DNA from: Halobacteria archaeon
GTDB lineage: Archaea > Halobacteriota > Syntropharchaeia > JACQPP01
Direction: 5' to 3'
Length of the DNA stretch: 64,000 nt
NCBI GenBank assembly: GCA_038869515.1
Contig: JAWCQZ010000008.1
Coordinates: 12,633-76,632, forward strand
Shown here: positions 7,868 through 17,190 of the stretch, piece by piece
Layout of the letters: each line of letters begins with the position of its first letter
How positions within the stretch are numbered: position 1 is the stretch's first letter
Notes under the pieces: model-generated
What the model was told of the DNA's origin: nothing
Database searches by the model: none
What the model saw: the letters and a program-made list of their open reading frames with translations, nothing else
Program-made: the position numbers and the translations under genes

Positions 7868-8710
7868 TCACCGCCCCAGCAGCCACAGAAAGATGCCCGC
7901 GACCAGGATGTCGGCGGTGGAGCCGGGGTTAATCCCCCGCGCCGCCAGTTCATCGTCCCACCGCTCCAGCCGCCGGAGCGGCGCCCGCCGCAGGGCGCGG
8001 GCCCTCCGCCGGACCCGCTCCGCGGCGGCCGCCCCCGCCTTCACCGCCACGAGGGAGTCGGGGGCACGGGCGAGGAGGTCGAGGTAGGTGCGGACCACCC
8101 CCTCGTTCCAGCAGGAGCGCCCGAGGCGGGCCGCGAGGCGCGAGGCCGCCCACCCGCACTCCGCGAAGCCGTTGGACCACTCCCTCGCCACCCGGTCCCG
8201 GGGGGCGGCCAGGGTCACCGCATCGTAGAGGGTCGTCCCGCTCCTCCGGGCAGCAGCGCCGGCCCGCGGGTCGCGCAAATCGAGGGGGCCCGCGAAGGGG
8301 GCCACCCGCACCGGGGCGGCGCGGAAGGCGCGGTAGAACCCTACCGCGTCCTCCGCCGTGCTCCGGCGGACGAGGCGGTGGGCCCGGCTCCGGACGGCCG
8401 CGGGTCCCCGGGCCCCGCCCGCCCCGGCCGCGAGGGGCACCAGGAGGAGGAGGGTGCCGAAGTGGGTGTTGCCCCCCGGCTGGGCCGCCACCGACGCCTC
8501 GACCGCCCGCCGGAACCACCGGCCGAGCCCGCGCCTTTCCCGGGCGGCCCCCTCGAGGGCGGGGCGGCAGGCGAGGGCCGATGCGACGAAGTGCTCGTAC
8601 CGGGCCCCCCCGTGGTCGTGGCGGGGGCCGACGTTGCCGGGCTTGGGGGAGGCGGAGGCCTCCAGGACCATGGCGAGGGAGCCGCACGCCCCGACGAGGG
8701 AGGGGTCCAT
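7868..8710 (-). CDS. Triphosphoribosyl-dephospho-CoA synthase (CitG/MdcB) family protein
   Basis: 280 aa from MDPSLVGACGS… (ATG at 8708-8710). The architecture is CitG-like. The N-terminal three quarters of the long ORF 7868..9862 is spurious. Confidence 0.65.
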   Translation of the reverse strand: MDPSLVGACGSLAMVLEASASPKPGNVGPRHDHGGARYEHFVASALACRPALEGAARERRGLGRWFRRAVEASVAAQPGGNTHFGTLLLLVPLAAGAGGARGPAAVRSRAHRLVRRSTAEDAVGFYRAFRAAPVRVAPFAGPLDLRDPRAGAAARRSGTTLYDAVTLAAPRDRVAREWSNGFAECGWAASRLAARLGRSCWNEGVVRTYLDLLARAPDSLVAVKAGAAAAERVRRRARALRRAPLRRLERWDDELAARGINPGSTADILVAGIFLWLLGR

Positions 8711-8767
8711 GGGGCTCCTCCCTGCGCCGGGAGAAAACGGCTTTGACCTCCCGACACCCTCGCGAGG

Positions 8768-9622
8768 ATGCGCATCGCGCGGTTCGGGCTCCCGGGCCGG
8801 GAGGGGTGGGGCTTCGTGGTGGGAGACGGGGTCGTCGAGGGCCCCTCCGTGGGGCTGCCGGGAAGCCTCGACTCCCTCCTTGGCGGAAACGCCGCGGCGT
8901 CGCTCGCCGGGGCGCGGGCCTCCCTGGCCGCCGCCCGCCCCTCCCTCCGCCTCCCGGAGGTCGCCCTCCGCGCCCCGGTCCGCCCGTCGAAAATCGTCTG
9001 CGTCGGGCTGAACTACGCCGACCACGCGGCGGAGACCGGCGCGAAGATTCCGAAGGAGCCGGTCCTGTTCGCGAAACTGCCCAACGCGGTCGCCGGGCCC
9101 CGCGACGACATCCGATGCCCCGGCTTCGTGGAGCGCCTCGACTACGAGGCGGAGCTGGGGGTGGTGATCGGGGCGCGATGCCGCGACATCGAGCCCTCCC
9201 GGGCCATGGAGCAGGTCCTCGGCTACGTCGCCGTCAACGACCTCTCGGCCCGGGACCTGCAGGCCCGGGACGGCCAGTGGACGCGCGCGAAGTCGCTCGA
9301 CACCTTCTGCCCCGTGGGGCCGTGGCTGGTGACGGCCGATGAAATCCCCGACCCCCACCGGCTCGCGGTCCGGGCGCGGGTGAACGGAGAGGTGCGCCAA
9401 GACTCCTCCACGGCGAGCATGGTGGTGAAACTCCCGGAACTCATCGCCTACATCAGCCGCGGCATGACGCTGGAGCCGGGGGACCTCATCTCCACGGGGA
9501 CGCCGGCGGGGGTGGGGATGGGGCGGAGGCCGCCCGTGTTCCTGAAGGAGGGGGACGTGGTGGAAGTGGAGGTTGGCGGGGTGGGGGCCCTCCGGAACCG
9601 GGTCCGGAGGGAAGGAGGGTAA
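8768..9622 (+). CDS. Fumarylacetoacetate hydrolase (FAH) family protein (2-keto-4-pentenoate hydratase/decarboxylase type)
   Basis: …KIVCVGLNYADHAAE…DYEAELGVVIG…GDLISTGTPAGVG… are canonical FAH-family motifs. Confidence 0.85.
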   Translation: MRIARFGLPGREGWGFVVGDGVVEGPSVGLPGSLDSLLGGNAAASLAGARASLAAARPSLRLPEVALRAPVRPSKIVCVGLNYADHAAETGAKIPKEPVLFAKLPNAVAGPRDDIRCPGFVERLDYEAELGVVIGARCRDIEPSRAMEQVLGYVAVNDLSARDLQARDGQWTRAKSLDTFCPVGPWLVTADEIPDPHRLAVRARVNGEVRQDSSTASMVVKLPELIAYISRGMTLEPGDLISTGTPAGVGMGRRPPVFLKEGDVVEVEVGGVGALRNRVRREGG

Positions 9623-9919
9623 ATGGATGTCCCCTCGGGCGGCCTCGAAGAGCGCCTCCTGCGCCTCCTCCTGGAGTGCGGCGCCTCCTCGACGGCCGAC
9701 CTCCGCCGCCGGCTCCGCCTCCCGGAGGCGCGACTCGCGCATCTCTTGAAGCGGCTTGAGTCGCGGGGGATGGTGGCGGTGGAGCGACTCCCCCACGCAG
9801 CGTTCGTCTCCCTCCGCAGGAGCGACCTCCGCTTCGTCGGCGTCAAGCGCGGCCAGAAGCACCCGTTCCGGAAGTCGAAGGGCCGAAGGTCCCCCGCGCC
9901 CGACCCGCTCTACGGCTGA
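9623..9919 (+). CDS. Small winged-helix transcriptional regulator (MarR/ArsR-like) with a basic C-terminal tail
   Basis: 98 aa with …LEERLLRLLLECGASSTADLRRRLRLPEARLAHLLKRLESRGMVAVER…. The start ATG immediately follows the FAH stop (TAAATG). Confidence 0.5.
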   Translation: MDVPSGGLEERLLRLLLECGASSTADLRRRLRLPEARLAHLLKRLESRGMVAVERLPHAAFVSLRRSDLRFVGVKRGQKHPFRKSKGRRSPAPDPLYG

Positions 9920-9922
9920 GCC

Positions 9923-10633
9923 CTACGCCGCGGGGCGGGTCAGGGAGACCATCAGCACCGGCCGCCGCTTCCCCTCGATCTTCTGGGTGGAGGCGGCCAC
10001 CGTCCAGAACCTCCGCCGGAGCCGCGCGCGGGCGTCGTCCGGGAGCGCCCCGGGCTCGGCCTGGATGAGGAGGACCGCCTCCTGGGGGCCGGTGATGTCG
10101 AAGGCATGCTCCAGGACCGGGAGGTCCCCGGCCCCCTGGATCTCGGCGAGGACCACCGACTTGCGGTGCTCCTCGAGGAAGGCCCGCAGGGCCTCCAGGA
10201 CGTCGGAGGGCTCCTTGAGGGGCCGGACCACAGAGACCTTGGGGCCCCGGAGGGCGAGGCCGCCGGCGAAGTCGAGGATGATGCCCTCCTGGCCCCCGGC
10301 CGAGGTGTAGGCCTTCAGCAGTTTGCGCGCCAGGCCGGGCTTCTTCTCCACGAGGAGGTACCCCTGCCCCGGCGAGACCAGCTGCCGCGCGGCCTCGAAC
10401 CCGAAGTCGGGGTCCACCGGCATCCGCAGGGTGGGCCCTCCGGGCGGGCCGCCCTTCGCCATCCGCTCCAGGAACTCCACCATGTCGGGAGCCACCGGCT
10501 TCAGGATGGCCCGCAGTTTCGCCAGCGCCTCGGCGGGGCTCTTCTCGATCAGTTTCAGCGTGGAGTCGACCTCGGCCTCCTTCATTCCCAGGGCCTTCAG
10601 GACGACCCGGAGCCGGCCCGACTCGGCGCTCAT
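9923..10633 (-). CDS. Conserved hypothetical protein
   Basis: 236-aa ORF with GC-typical codon usage. No confidently recognisable domain, although the N-terminal 60 aa look UBA-like. Confidence 0.45.
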   Translation of the reverse strand: MSAESGRLRVVLKALGMKEAEVDSTLKLIEKSPAEALAKLRAILKPVAPDMVEFLERMAKGGPPGGPTLRMPVDPDFGFEAARQLVSPGQGYLLVEKKPGLARKLLKAYTSAGGQEGIILDFAGGLALRGPKVSVVRPLKEPSDVLEALRAFLEEHRKSVVLAEIQGAGDLPVLEHAFDITGPQEAVLLIQAEPGALPDDARARLRRRFWTVAASTQKIEGKRRPVLMVSLTRPAA

Positions 10634-10672
10634 GGAAGCGGATGGGTGCGGCAGGGCATAAAGACGGTGACC

Positions 10673-11596
10673 TCAGGCTTGGCGGCCCGCGAACCTCTCC
10701 AGCCGCGCCAGGGTGGGCAGGGCGGTCATCGCCCCGGGCCGGGTGCAGACCAGGGCCCCCGCGGCGTTGGCGAAGCGGCCCATCTTCCCGGCGGGCCACC
10801 CCCGCAGGAGGCCGAAGAGGAGCGCCGCCGCGAAGCCGTCGCCCGCGCCGGTGGTGTCCGCGGCCCGAACCCGGAATGCCGGGGGGGAGATGCGTTCGCC
10901 CTCGTGGAAGAGGAGGGAGCCCCGGGCCCCCCGCTTCAGGGCGAGCCACTCCGGCCCGAAGCGGCGGAGGAGGGCCCGCGCCGCCCGGTCCGGGGCACGG
11001 GCTCCGGTGACAATGCGCGCCTCCTCTTCGGTCAGCAGCAGCAGGTCGGTCCGCGCGAGGAGCCAGCGGAGGAAGGGGCGCGGGAAGGGGTGGTCCCGCC
11101 TCATGTTGGGGTCGAAGGAGACCGGGACCCCGAGCCTCCCCGCCCTCGCCACCGCCCTCCGGAGCGCCGCGGGCCCCCGGGGCGCCAGCAGCGGCCCCGA
11201 GCCGCAGTGGAGGAGCCGCAGGCCCCGCCCGAAGGCGGGGAGATCCTCCGGGCCGAGGGCCATGTCGGCGCTCCCGGTCCGGTGGAAGTCGAAGGTGCGC
11301 TCCCCGCCCCGGCCGAGGTAGACGAAGGCGAGCCCGGTCGGCTCCCGGCTCCTCCGCAGCCACCGCGTCTCCACCCCCTCCCGCTCCAGAGTGGCGATGA
11401 GGAAGGAGCCGAGACGGTCCTCCGAGACGCGACCCGCGAAGGCGACGCGAGCGCCGAGGCGGGCGAGCCCCACCGCGACGTTGGCCGGGGCGCCTCCGGC
11501 GAACTTCGCGAAGCCCGGCGGATCCGGGCCGGGGCGGGTCGCGACGAGGTCGACGAGGAGTTCGCCGACGCAGAGCGCCTCGGGGTTGATGGCCAC
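10673..11596 (-). CDS. PfkB-family carbohydrate kinase (fructokinase/2-keto-3-deoxygluconate kinase-like)
   Basis: …GGAPANVAVGLARLG… at the N-terminus and …DTTGAGDGFAAALL… near the C-terminus are the PfkB signatures. Confidence 0.85.
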   Translation of the reverse strand: MAINPEALCVGELLVDLVATRPGPDPPGFAKFAGGAPANVAVGLARLGARVAFAGRVSEDRLGSFLIATLEREGVETRWLRRSREPTGLAFVYLGRGGERTFDFHRTGSADMALGPEDLPAFGRGLRLLHCGSGPLLAPRGPAALRRAVARAGRLGVPVSFDPNMRRDHPFPRPFLRWLLARTDLLLLTEEEARIVTGARAPDRAARALLRRFGPEWLALKRGARGSLLFHEGERISPPAFRVRAADTTGAGDGFAAALLFGLLRGWPAGKMGRFANAAGALVCTRPGAMTALPTLARLERFAGRQA

Positions 11597-11679
11597 GGTG
11601 GCCTTTTTTCGCCAGACGGCAAAAAGCAGGCCCGATGCTCGGCCGCTCCGAACTCTCGCGTTCGCCGTCCCCCGACGGG

Positions 11680-12297
11680 GTGAGTTCGGGGCGACTCGTC
11701 GGCGTCGTGGCCCTCCAGGGCGACGTGAGCGAGCACCTCGAGGCGTTCCGGAAGGTGCTCGGGGAGGCCGGGGAGGCGATCCCCATCCGCCGCCGGGGGG
11801 AGGTGGCGGGCTGCGACGCCCTCTCCCTCCCCGGGGGGGAGTCCACCACCATCGGCCGGCTCCTGGCGGAGAAGGGGATCGGGCCGGAGATCGCCGAGGC
11901 CGCGCGGCGGGGAGTCCCGGTCCTCGGGACCTGCGCCGGGCTGGTCCTCCTGGCGAAGAGGGTCACGGACGAGCTGGAGCGGGGAAGCCCGGGAAACGGC
12001 GGCCGGGTGACGCCCCTCGGCCTCATGGACATCGCCGCCGACCGGAACGCGTTCGGGCGGCAGCGGGAGTCGTTCGAGGCGAACCTCGATTTTCCCGCCC
12101 TGGGGCGGGAGCCCTGCCCGGCACTCTTCATCCGCGCCCCCGCCATCGCCTCGACGGGGCCGGGCGTCGAAGTGCTCGCCCGCCACCAGGGGCGCATCGT
12201 GGCCGCGCGCCAGGGCAACCTCCTGGCCCTCGCCTTCCATCCCGAACTGACCGGCGACCCGCGGCCCCTCCGCTATTTCCTCGCCATGGGAGGGTAA
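11680..12297 (+). CDS. pdxT: Pyridoxal 5'-phosphate synthase glutaminase subunit
   Basis: …VGVVALQGDVSEH…LSLPGGESTT…GTCAG…AFHPELTGD… is a class I glutamine amidotransferase of the PdxT type. Probable GTG start at 11680 (ORF opens at 11635). Confidence 0.85.
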   Translation: MSSGRLVGVVALQGDVSEHLEAFRKVLGEAGEAIPIRRRGEVAGCDALSLPGGESTTIGRLLAEKGIGPEIAEAARRGVPVLGTCAGLVLLAKRVTDELERGSPGNGGRVTPLGLMDIAADRNAFGRQRESFEANLDFPALGREPCPALFIRAPAIASTGPGVEVLARHQGRIVAARQGNLLALAFHPELTGDPRPLRYFLAMGG

Positions 12298-12300
12298 GCG

Positions 12301-12756
12301 ATGGACCTGCGCCTGCTGCGCCGCCGGCTGCTCCTCATGCCCCTCCTGCTCGGGGCGGCGGCCCTGTTCCTCCTCTTTTCCCTCGACGGGGGGCAGGCCG
12401 GGGGGGCGGTCCTCGTCGGGCCCATCCCGGTCGCGGTCGGGACGTCGCCGATGGCTGCCGCCCTCGCCCTGCTCCTCCTCTTCGGTCTCCTGGTTCTGGC
12501 CACAGGGCGGATGTTGAAGGCCGCCGCCGAGACGGAGAGGGAGCACAGGTCGCGGGAGCATCCTCCCCCCGCCCCCCAGGAAACCGCGCAGGCCGGGGCC
12601 TCCAGAAGGACCCGGGTCCGGGGCGCCGGGGTCGTCATGGTCGGGCCCCTCCCCATCGCCTGGGGAAACGACCCGAGGCTCCTCCGGTTCACCCTCCTGC
12701 TGGCGGCCGCCCTGACGGCCCTCGGCGTGGGAGCGATGCTGCTGTCGCCCGGTTAG
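12301..12756 (+). CDS. Membrane protein, hypothetical
   Basis: 151 aa, mostly hydrophobic helices. Start overlaps the pdxT stop region. Confidence 0.45.
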   Translation: MDLRLLRRRLLLMPLLLGAAALFLLFSLDGGQAGGAVLVGPIPVAVGTSPMAAALALLLLFGLLVLATGRMLKAAAETEREHRSREHPPPAPQETAQAGASRRTRVRGAGVVMVGPLPIAWGNDPRLLRFTLLLAAALTALGVGAMLLSPG

Positions 12757-14063
12757 GAGGAGCCGTCCAGGCGGAACATCTCCTCCGCCGATCGGAGGAG
12801 ACGGGCGTCCCCGCGGCCCGAGGCTTTCCGGATGGCCTCGGCGGGACCGGCGAGAATCTTGTTGGCGATGCTGTCTACCAGGGCGCGCAGGACCGCCTCC
12901 TGCTCCTTGCCCGGGGTCCCGTTCAACTTCCGCAGCGACCTCTCCAGTTCGGCCGCCTTCACCCGCTCCACGTTCCGGTATAGCCTGCGCAGGAGGTCCT
13001 CTCCCGGGGCTCCCTTCTCCGCCAGGGAGGCGACCGCCCGGTCCACCAGGCCCTCGACCCGGGCCATCTCGGCCCTCCGCTTCTGGAGGTTCTTCCGCGC
13101 GACCTCGCGGAGACCGTCGATGTTGTAGAGGCGGACGCCCGGGAGTTCCCCAATGGCGCGGTCCACGTTCCGGGGGTTGGAGATGTCAATCACGAAGAGG
13201 GGGCGGTCCCCCAGTCCCGCCCGGGAGCGGCGGCGGAGGATGGACTCCATCTCCTCGACTCCGACCACCGCGTGGGGGGCCGAGGAGGCGCAGATGAAGA
13301 GGTCGGCCCGGGAGATGGGGCCCGCCATGCTCGCCAGCGGGACGGTCTCGGGGTGGCCGGCGCCTCCGTTTTCCAGGAGGCCCGCCAGGTCCCGGGCCCT
13401 CCTCAGGGTCCGGTTCGCGAAGGTCACCGACTTCACCTTCTGCTTCACGAGGGAGCGGGCCACGGCCCGGGCCATGTCCCCAGCCCCGAGGATGACCAGC
13501 GAGCGCCCCTCCAGGGAGCCGCCGCACAGTTTCCGGGCCAACTCCACGGTGGCGGAGCCGATGGAGACGTTGCCCCGGCCGATGGCGGTCCGGGCCCGGG
13601 CCTCCTTGCCGGTGCTCAAGGCCTTCTGGAAGAGGGCGTCGAGGGTCCGGCCCGCGGTCCCCTCCTGGCGGGCGAAGCGGTAGGCCTCCCGCACCTGCCC
13701 GAGAATCTGCCCCTCGCCGACAATCATGCTGTCGAGCCCCGCGGCGACCGAGAGGAGGTGGCGGGCCGAGGCCTCCCCCGAGTAGAAGCGGACCGTGTCG
13801 GGCGTCGTGGAGTTCCCCAGGAGGTCCCCGAGGCGCTCCCGGACCCCGGCGGGGTCCCGGGCGACGGCGTAGATCTCCACCCGGTTGCAGGTCCGGAGGA
13901 GGGCGCATTCCTCGACGCCCTCCATCTCCTTCACCGAGCGGAGGAGAGAGCGGGCCTCCTTCGTCGAGGCCATCTCCAACTGGTCAATGGTGGCCCACCG
14001 GTGGGTGACGTGGGCGCTGACCAGGGAGCGGACGCCCGGACCTCCGTAGCTCCTCGCGGCCAT
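12753..14063 (-). CDS. hemA: Glutamyl-tRNA reductase
   Basis: 436 aa containing …LRTCNRVEIY…, the NAD-binding …LVILGAGDMARAVARSL… and the dimerisation tail. Confidence 0.9.
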   Translation of the reverse strand: MAARSYGGPGVRSLVSAHVTHRWATIDQLEMASTKEARSLLRSVKEMEGVEECALLRTCNRVEIYAVARDPAGVRERLGDLLGNSTTPDTVRFYSGEASARHLLSVAAGLDSMIVGEGQILGQVREAYRFARQEGTAGRTLDALFQKALSTGKEARARTAIGRGNVSIGSATVELARKLCGGSLEGRSLVILGAGDMARAVARSLVKQKVKSVTFANRTLRRARDLAGLLENGGAGHPETVPLASMAGPISRADLFICASSAPHAVVGVEEMESILRRRSRAGLGDRPLFVIDISNPRNVDRAIGELPGVRLYNIDGLREVARKNLQKRRAEMARVEGLVDRAVASLAEKGAPGEDLLRRLYRNVERVKAAELERSLRKLNGTPGKEQEAVLRALVDSIANKILAGPAEAIRKASGRGDARLLRSAEEMFRLDGSS

Positions 14064-14214
14064 CTCCCCTCCCTACAGAGGTCCCATTTTAAACGTTGAG
14101 CCGGACCGGCCGGTGCCCGACCCCGCCCGGAGAGGGAGGACTGCGTGCCGCCCTTCCACGGAAACGGGCCCAGGAGCGCCGGTTCTTCCCGCAGGGGAGA
14201 GCGAGGAATCCTAT

Positions 14215-15123
14215 ATGAACCCGGGGGCCAAGGGGTCGCCGATGGCCGAGGAGCGACCTCCCGGGATACCCATGATGCTGGAGAAGCCGCCCCCGGGCCA
14301 GCCCGCGGGGCTCCTCGGCCTTCCGCCCGCCGCGCCTCCCGACGAGCGGGCCTCCGGCGAGGTCCCGTCGCGCCCCTCCAGACCCTGGGGCGGGACGGTG
14401 GCCGTCCGCCTCCCCCACCTCTTCGCCATCGCCGTCGCCCTCGCATTCGTGAGCGGATTCGCGCTCCACGCCGCGGTGTTCCCGGGAACATCTCCTGCCG
14501 GCGGCCCCGCCCCCGCCGCGCCCGCGGGGACCCTCGCGGCGGGCCGCATCCAGCTCTCCAACGGGCTGGGGGACGCCTACACCGAGGGGAACACGAACGC
14601 CAAGGTCCAGCTCATCGAATTCTCCGACTACCAGTGCCCATTCTGCCGCAGGCACTACACCCAGACCGCGCCAACCCTCCTGGCAGACTACGTCCGGAGC
14701 GGCAAGGTCCTCTACGCCTACCGCGATTTCCCGCTCGACAACATCCACCCCGGGGCGACCCCCTGGGCCATCGCGGCGCGCTGCGCGGGGGAGCAGGGGA
14801 AGTACAAGGCCCTCCACGACAAAATCTTCGACGAGCAGAGCAAGCAGGGACAGGGAACCATCAGTTACGAAGACTACGCCGCCGTCGCCAAGCAGTGGGC
14901 CCAGGAACTCGGCCTGGACGCGGGCGCCTTCAACGCCTGCCTCGACTCGCGGAAATACGCCAGGCAGGTCCAGAGGGACCTCCAGGACGGTTTCGCCGCC
15001 GGGGTGAGCGGCACCCCGTCGTTTTTCGTGGGGAACCCCCAGAAGGGATATGTGAGAATCGAGGGGGCGCGGGAGCTCGCCCTCTTCAAGCAGACCCTGG
15101 ACCAGGAACTCGCCTCGGCCTGA
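14215..15123 (+). CDS. DsbA-like thioredoxin-fold thiol:disulfide oxidoreductase, membrane-anchored
   Basis: A Pro-rich N-terminus and one TM helix are followed by a DsbA domain with the CPFC active site (…EFSDYQCPFCRRH…). Confidence 0.8.
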   Translation: MNPGAKGSPMAEERPPGIPMMLEKPPPGQPAGLLGLPPAAPPDERASGEVPSRPSRPWGGTVAVRLPHLFAIAVALAFVSGFALHAAVFPGTSPAGGPAPAAPAGTLAAGRIQLSNGLGDAYTEGNTNAKVQLIEFSDYQCPFCRRHYTQTAPTLLADYVRSGKVLYAYRDFPLDNIHPGATPWAIAARCAGEQGKYKALHDKIFDEQSKQGQGTISYEDYAAVAKQWAQELGLDAGAFNACLDSRKYARQVQRDLQDGFAAGVSGTPSFFVGNPQKGYVRIEGARELALFKQTLDQELASA

Positions 15124-15186
15124 TTCAAAACCCGCAACGGCTGCCCAGAAAGTTTTTAAACCGACCCTGCGAGCCTGCGAGCGGAG

Positions 15187-15471
15187 ATGGCGCGGAAAGG
15201 CAGCAAGAGGCGCTTCGTCCTCGTCCGTGGTTCCAAGGAGGTCGCCGTCTTCACCGGAAGGTTTCCCCGCCAGGCGGCCCTCAAGGCGGCGTGCGCGGGC
15301 TACACCGCCATCGCCCTGCGGGAGCGCGGCACCAGGAAACTCCACCAGTTCAAGGGCTCCCGGCAGAAGGTGAAGGCTCCGCCCGGCCGCCCTTCCTGGC
15401 TCCCCGAGATGGTCTGGGTGCCCCGGGTGCGGAAGCAGGGCATCAAGCACCTCGAGAAGAAGCGGCGCTGA
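15187..15471 (+). CDS. Archaeal chromatin protein MC1
   Basis: 94 aa with …VFTGRFPRQAALKAA…ALRERGTRKLHQFKG…PPGRPSWLPEMVWVPRVRKQG…. This closely parallels the Methanosarcina MC1 sequence (recalled from memory). Confidence 0.8.
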   Translation: MARKGSKRRFVLVRGSKEVAVFTGRFPRQAALKAACAGYTAIALRERGTRKLHQFKGSRQKVKAPPGRPSWLPEMVWVPRVRKQGIKHLEKKRR

Positions 15472-15482
15472 CCGGAGAAGAG

Positions 15483-16448
15483 TCAAAGAGGAAGAGATTC
15501 CCGGAGCCTCGCGAGTCGCGCCAAGGGGCCGGTGGCCAAGTCCACGCCGCGGGCCGCGGCCTCGATGCTCCGCAACTCCGCCGGGGCCATTAACCAGTCC
15601 CCGCCCCGGGCGTTCTCCTCGGCCTGCCCCGCGCTCTTGGCTCCGGGGATGGCGACCACACGCGGGTCATGGACCAGCCAGTTCAACGCCGTCTGGGAGA
15701 CGCTTCTCCCGCGCCTCTTCCCGACCTTCCGCAGAGCGGTGATGAGCGGGACAGCGCGCCGGAGGTTCTCCCGGGAGAAGAGGGGGTGGGCCCGCCGGAC
15801 CCAGTCCGAGGGCTGGTGGTCCGGGGTGTATTTGCCCGACAGAGCCCCCTGTGCCAGGGGGCTGTAGGCGATGAGGGTCACGCCCCACTTCCGGCACGCG
15901 GGGAGAAGGTCCCTCTCGGCTTCCCGCTCCAGGAGGTTGTACTTCACCTGGTTGGAGACCACCTCCGACCGGGGCAGCGCCTCCCGGGCCTCGCGGAGCA
16001 TGGCGGCGGGGAAGTTGCTCACGCCGATGTGGCGAATCCAGCCCCGCTTCTTGAGCCGTTCCATGGCCCGCATCATCGCCGGGACCGGGACGAGGGGGTT
16101 GGGCCAGTGGACCTGGTAGAGGTCGATGGCGTCCACGCCCAGGCGGCGGCGGGAGCCCGCGCATGCCTTCTCGAAGGAGTGGAAGGGCATCACCTTGGAG
16201 GCGACGAAGACACCGTCGCGCCTCTCCCCGAGAGCCTCGCCGATGACCTGCTCCGAGCGCCACGGGCCGTAGATTTCGGCGGTGTCGAGCCAGTTCACGC
16301 CGAGGGCGAGGGCCCGGTCGAAGGCCTCCAGGGCCTGCCGCTTGCCGTAAGAGCCGCCCCACCCCCATTCGAGGGCCCCCCACTGCCACGTCCCGGCGCC
16401 GATGACCGAGAGTTTTTCGCCGGTCCGGCCGAGCATCGCGGTCCGCAT
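15483..16448 (-). CDS. Aldo/keto reductase
   Basis: Typical AKR TIM-barrel motifs (…GAGTWQWG…, …IDLYQVHWPN…, …IGVSNF…). Start at MRTAMLG. Confidence 0.85.
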   Translation of the reverse strand: MRTAMLGRTGEKLSVIGAGTWQWGALEWGWGGSYGKRQALEAFDRALALGVNWLDTAEIYGPWRSEQVIGEALGERRDGVFVASKVMPFHSFEKACAGSRRRLGVDAIDLYQVHWPNPLVPVPAMMRAMERLKKRGWIRHIGVSNFPAAMLREAREALPRSEVVSNQVKYNLLEREAERDLLPACRKWGVTLIAYSPLAQGALSGKYTPDHQPSDWVRRAHPLFSRENLRRAVPLITALRKVGKRRGRSVSQTALNWLVHDPRVVAIPGAKSAGQAEENARGGDWLMAPAELRSIEAAARGVDLATGPLARLARLRESLPL

Positions 16449-16494
16449 GGCACCCATGGGGAAACTCTATGGCCAGAGGGATGAACCCGGCGCC

Positions 16495-17190
16495 ATGCTG
16501 CGGCTCAAGGCGCTCCTGGTCGATTTCGACGGGACCCTCGCCGACCACGAAGCTGTCTTCGCCGAGGAGTTGGACGGCCTCCTGGGGCTCCCGGGCCGGG
16601 AGATCTTCCGCCTCTGGCTCGAAGTCCACCGGGAGGAGGTCCACACCGACTTCCCCGACCGCCACGAGGACCCGGTGTTCCACCTGGAGAGGGTCGCCCG
16701 GCGGGCGGGCCGGAGACCGGGAAGGAAGGAGGCGGAGGAGTTCCGCGCGGCCTTCCAGCGGGGCGCCTGGAGGTCCTCCCGTCAGCCCCGCTTCCACCGG
16801 GACTCCCTCGACTTCCTCCGGCACGGCCTCCGCCCCGAGGCGCCCCTCTTCGCCCTCTCGACCGGCGACCGGGCGGCGGCCAAGGCGCGCGCCGCGGCGC
16901 AGGCCGTCGGCCGTCCGGCCTTCCGCCTCATCCTGAGCGAGGAGACGCTGGGCATCCGGAAGGACCGCCCGGAGTTCTTCCGGCGGGCCTGCGAGAGGCT
17001 GCGGCTCCGTCCGCGGGAGGTGGCCTACCTCGGGGACCTGCCCCTCCACGACGTCGGGCCCGCCCGGGCGGCGGGGCTCTGGTCGGTCTACGTGAACCGG
17101 AAGACCGAGGCCATTCCCCCGGGCCGCCCGAGGCCCCACTTCGAGGTGAGGGACCTGTGGGAGGCGCGGCGGGAGCTCGGACTGCTCTGA
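16495..17190 (+). CDS. HAD-superfamily hydrolase
   Basis: DxDGT motif I (LLVDFDGTLAD) and a C-terminal …YLGDLPLHDV… motif. Start at the internal ATG 16495 (ORF opens at 16402), divergent from the AKR gene. Confidence 0.7.
   Translation: MLRLKALLVDFDGTLADHEAVFAEELDGLLGLPGREIFRLWLEVHREEVHTDFPDRHEDPVFHLERVARRAGRRPGRKEAEEFRAAFQRGAWRSSRQPRFHRDSLDFLRHGLRPEAPLFALSTGDRAAAKARAAAQAVGRPAFRLILSEETLGIRKDRPEFFRRACERLRLRPREVAYLGDLPLHDVGPARAAGLWSVYVNRKTEAIPPGRPRPHFEVRDLWEARRELGLL

Noticed and set aside
7868-9862. The 664-aa ORF taken as a single large protein
   Set aside because: Only the C-terminal 280 aa (CitG-like) is coherent. The upstream portion runs antisense through the FAH gene and the wHTH gene.
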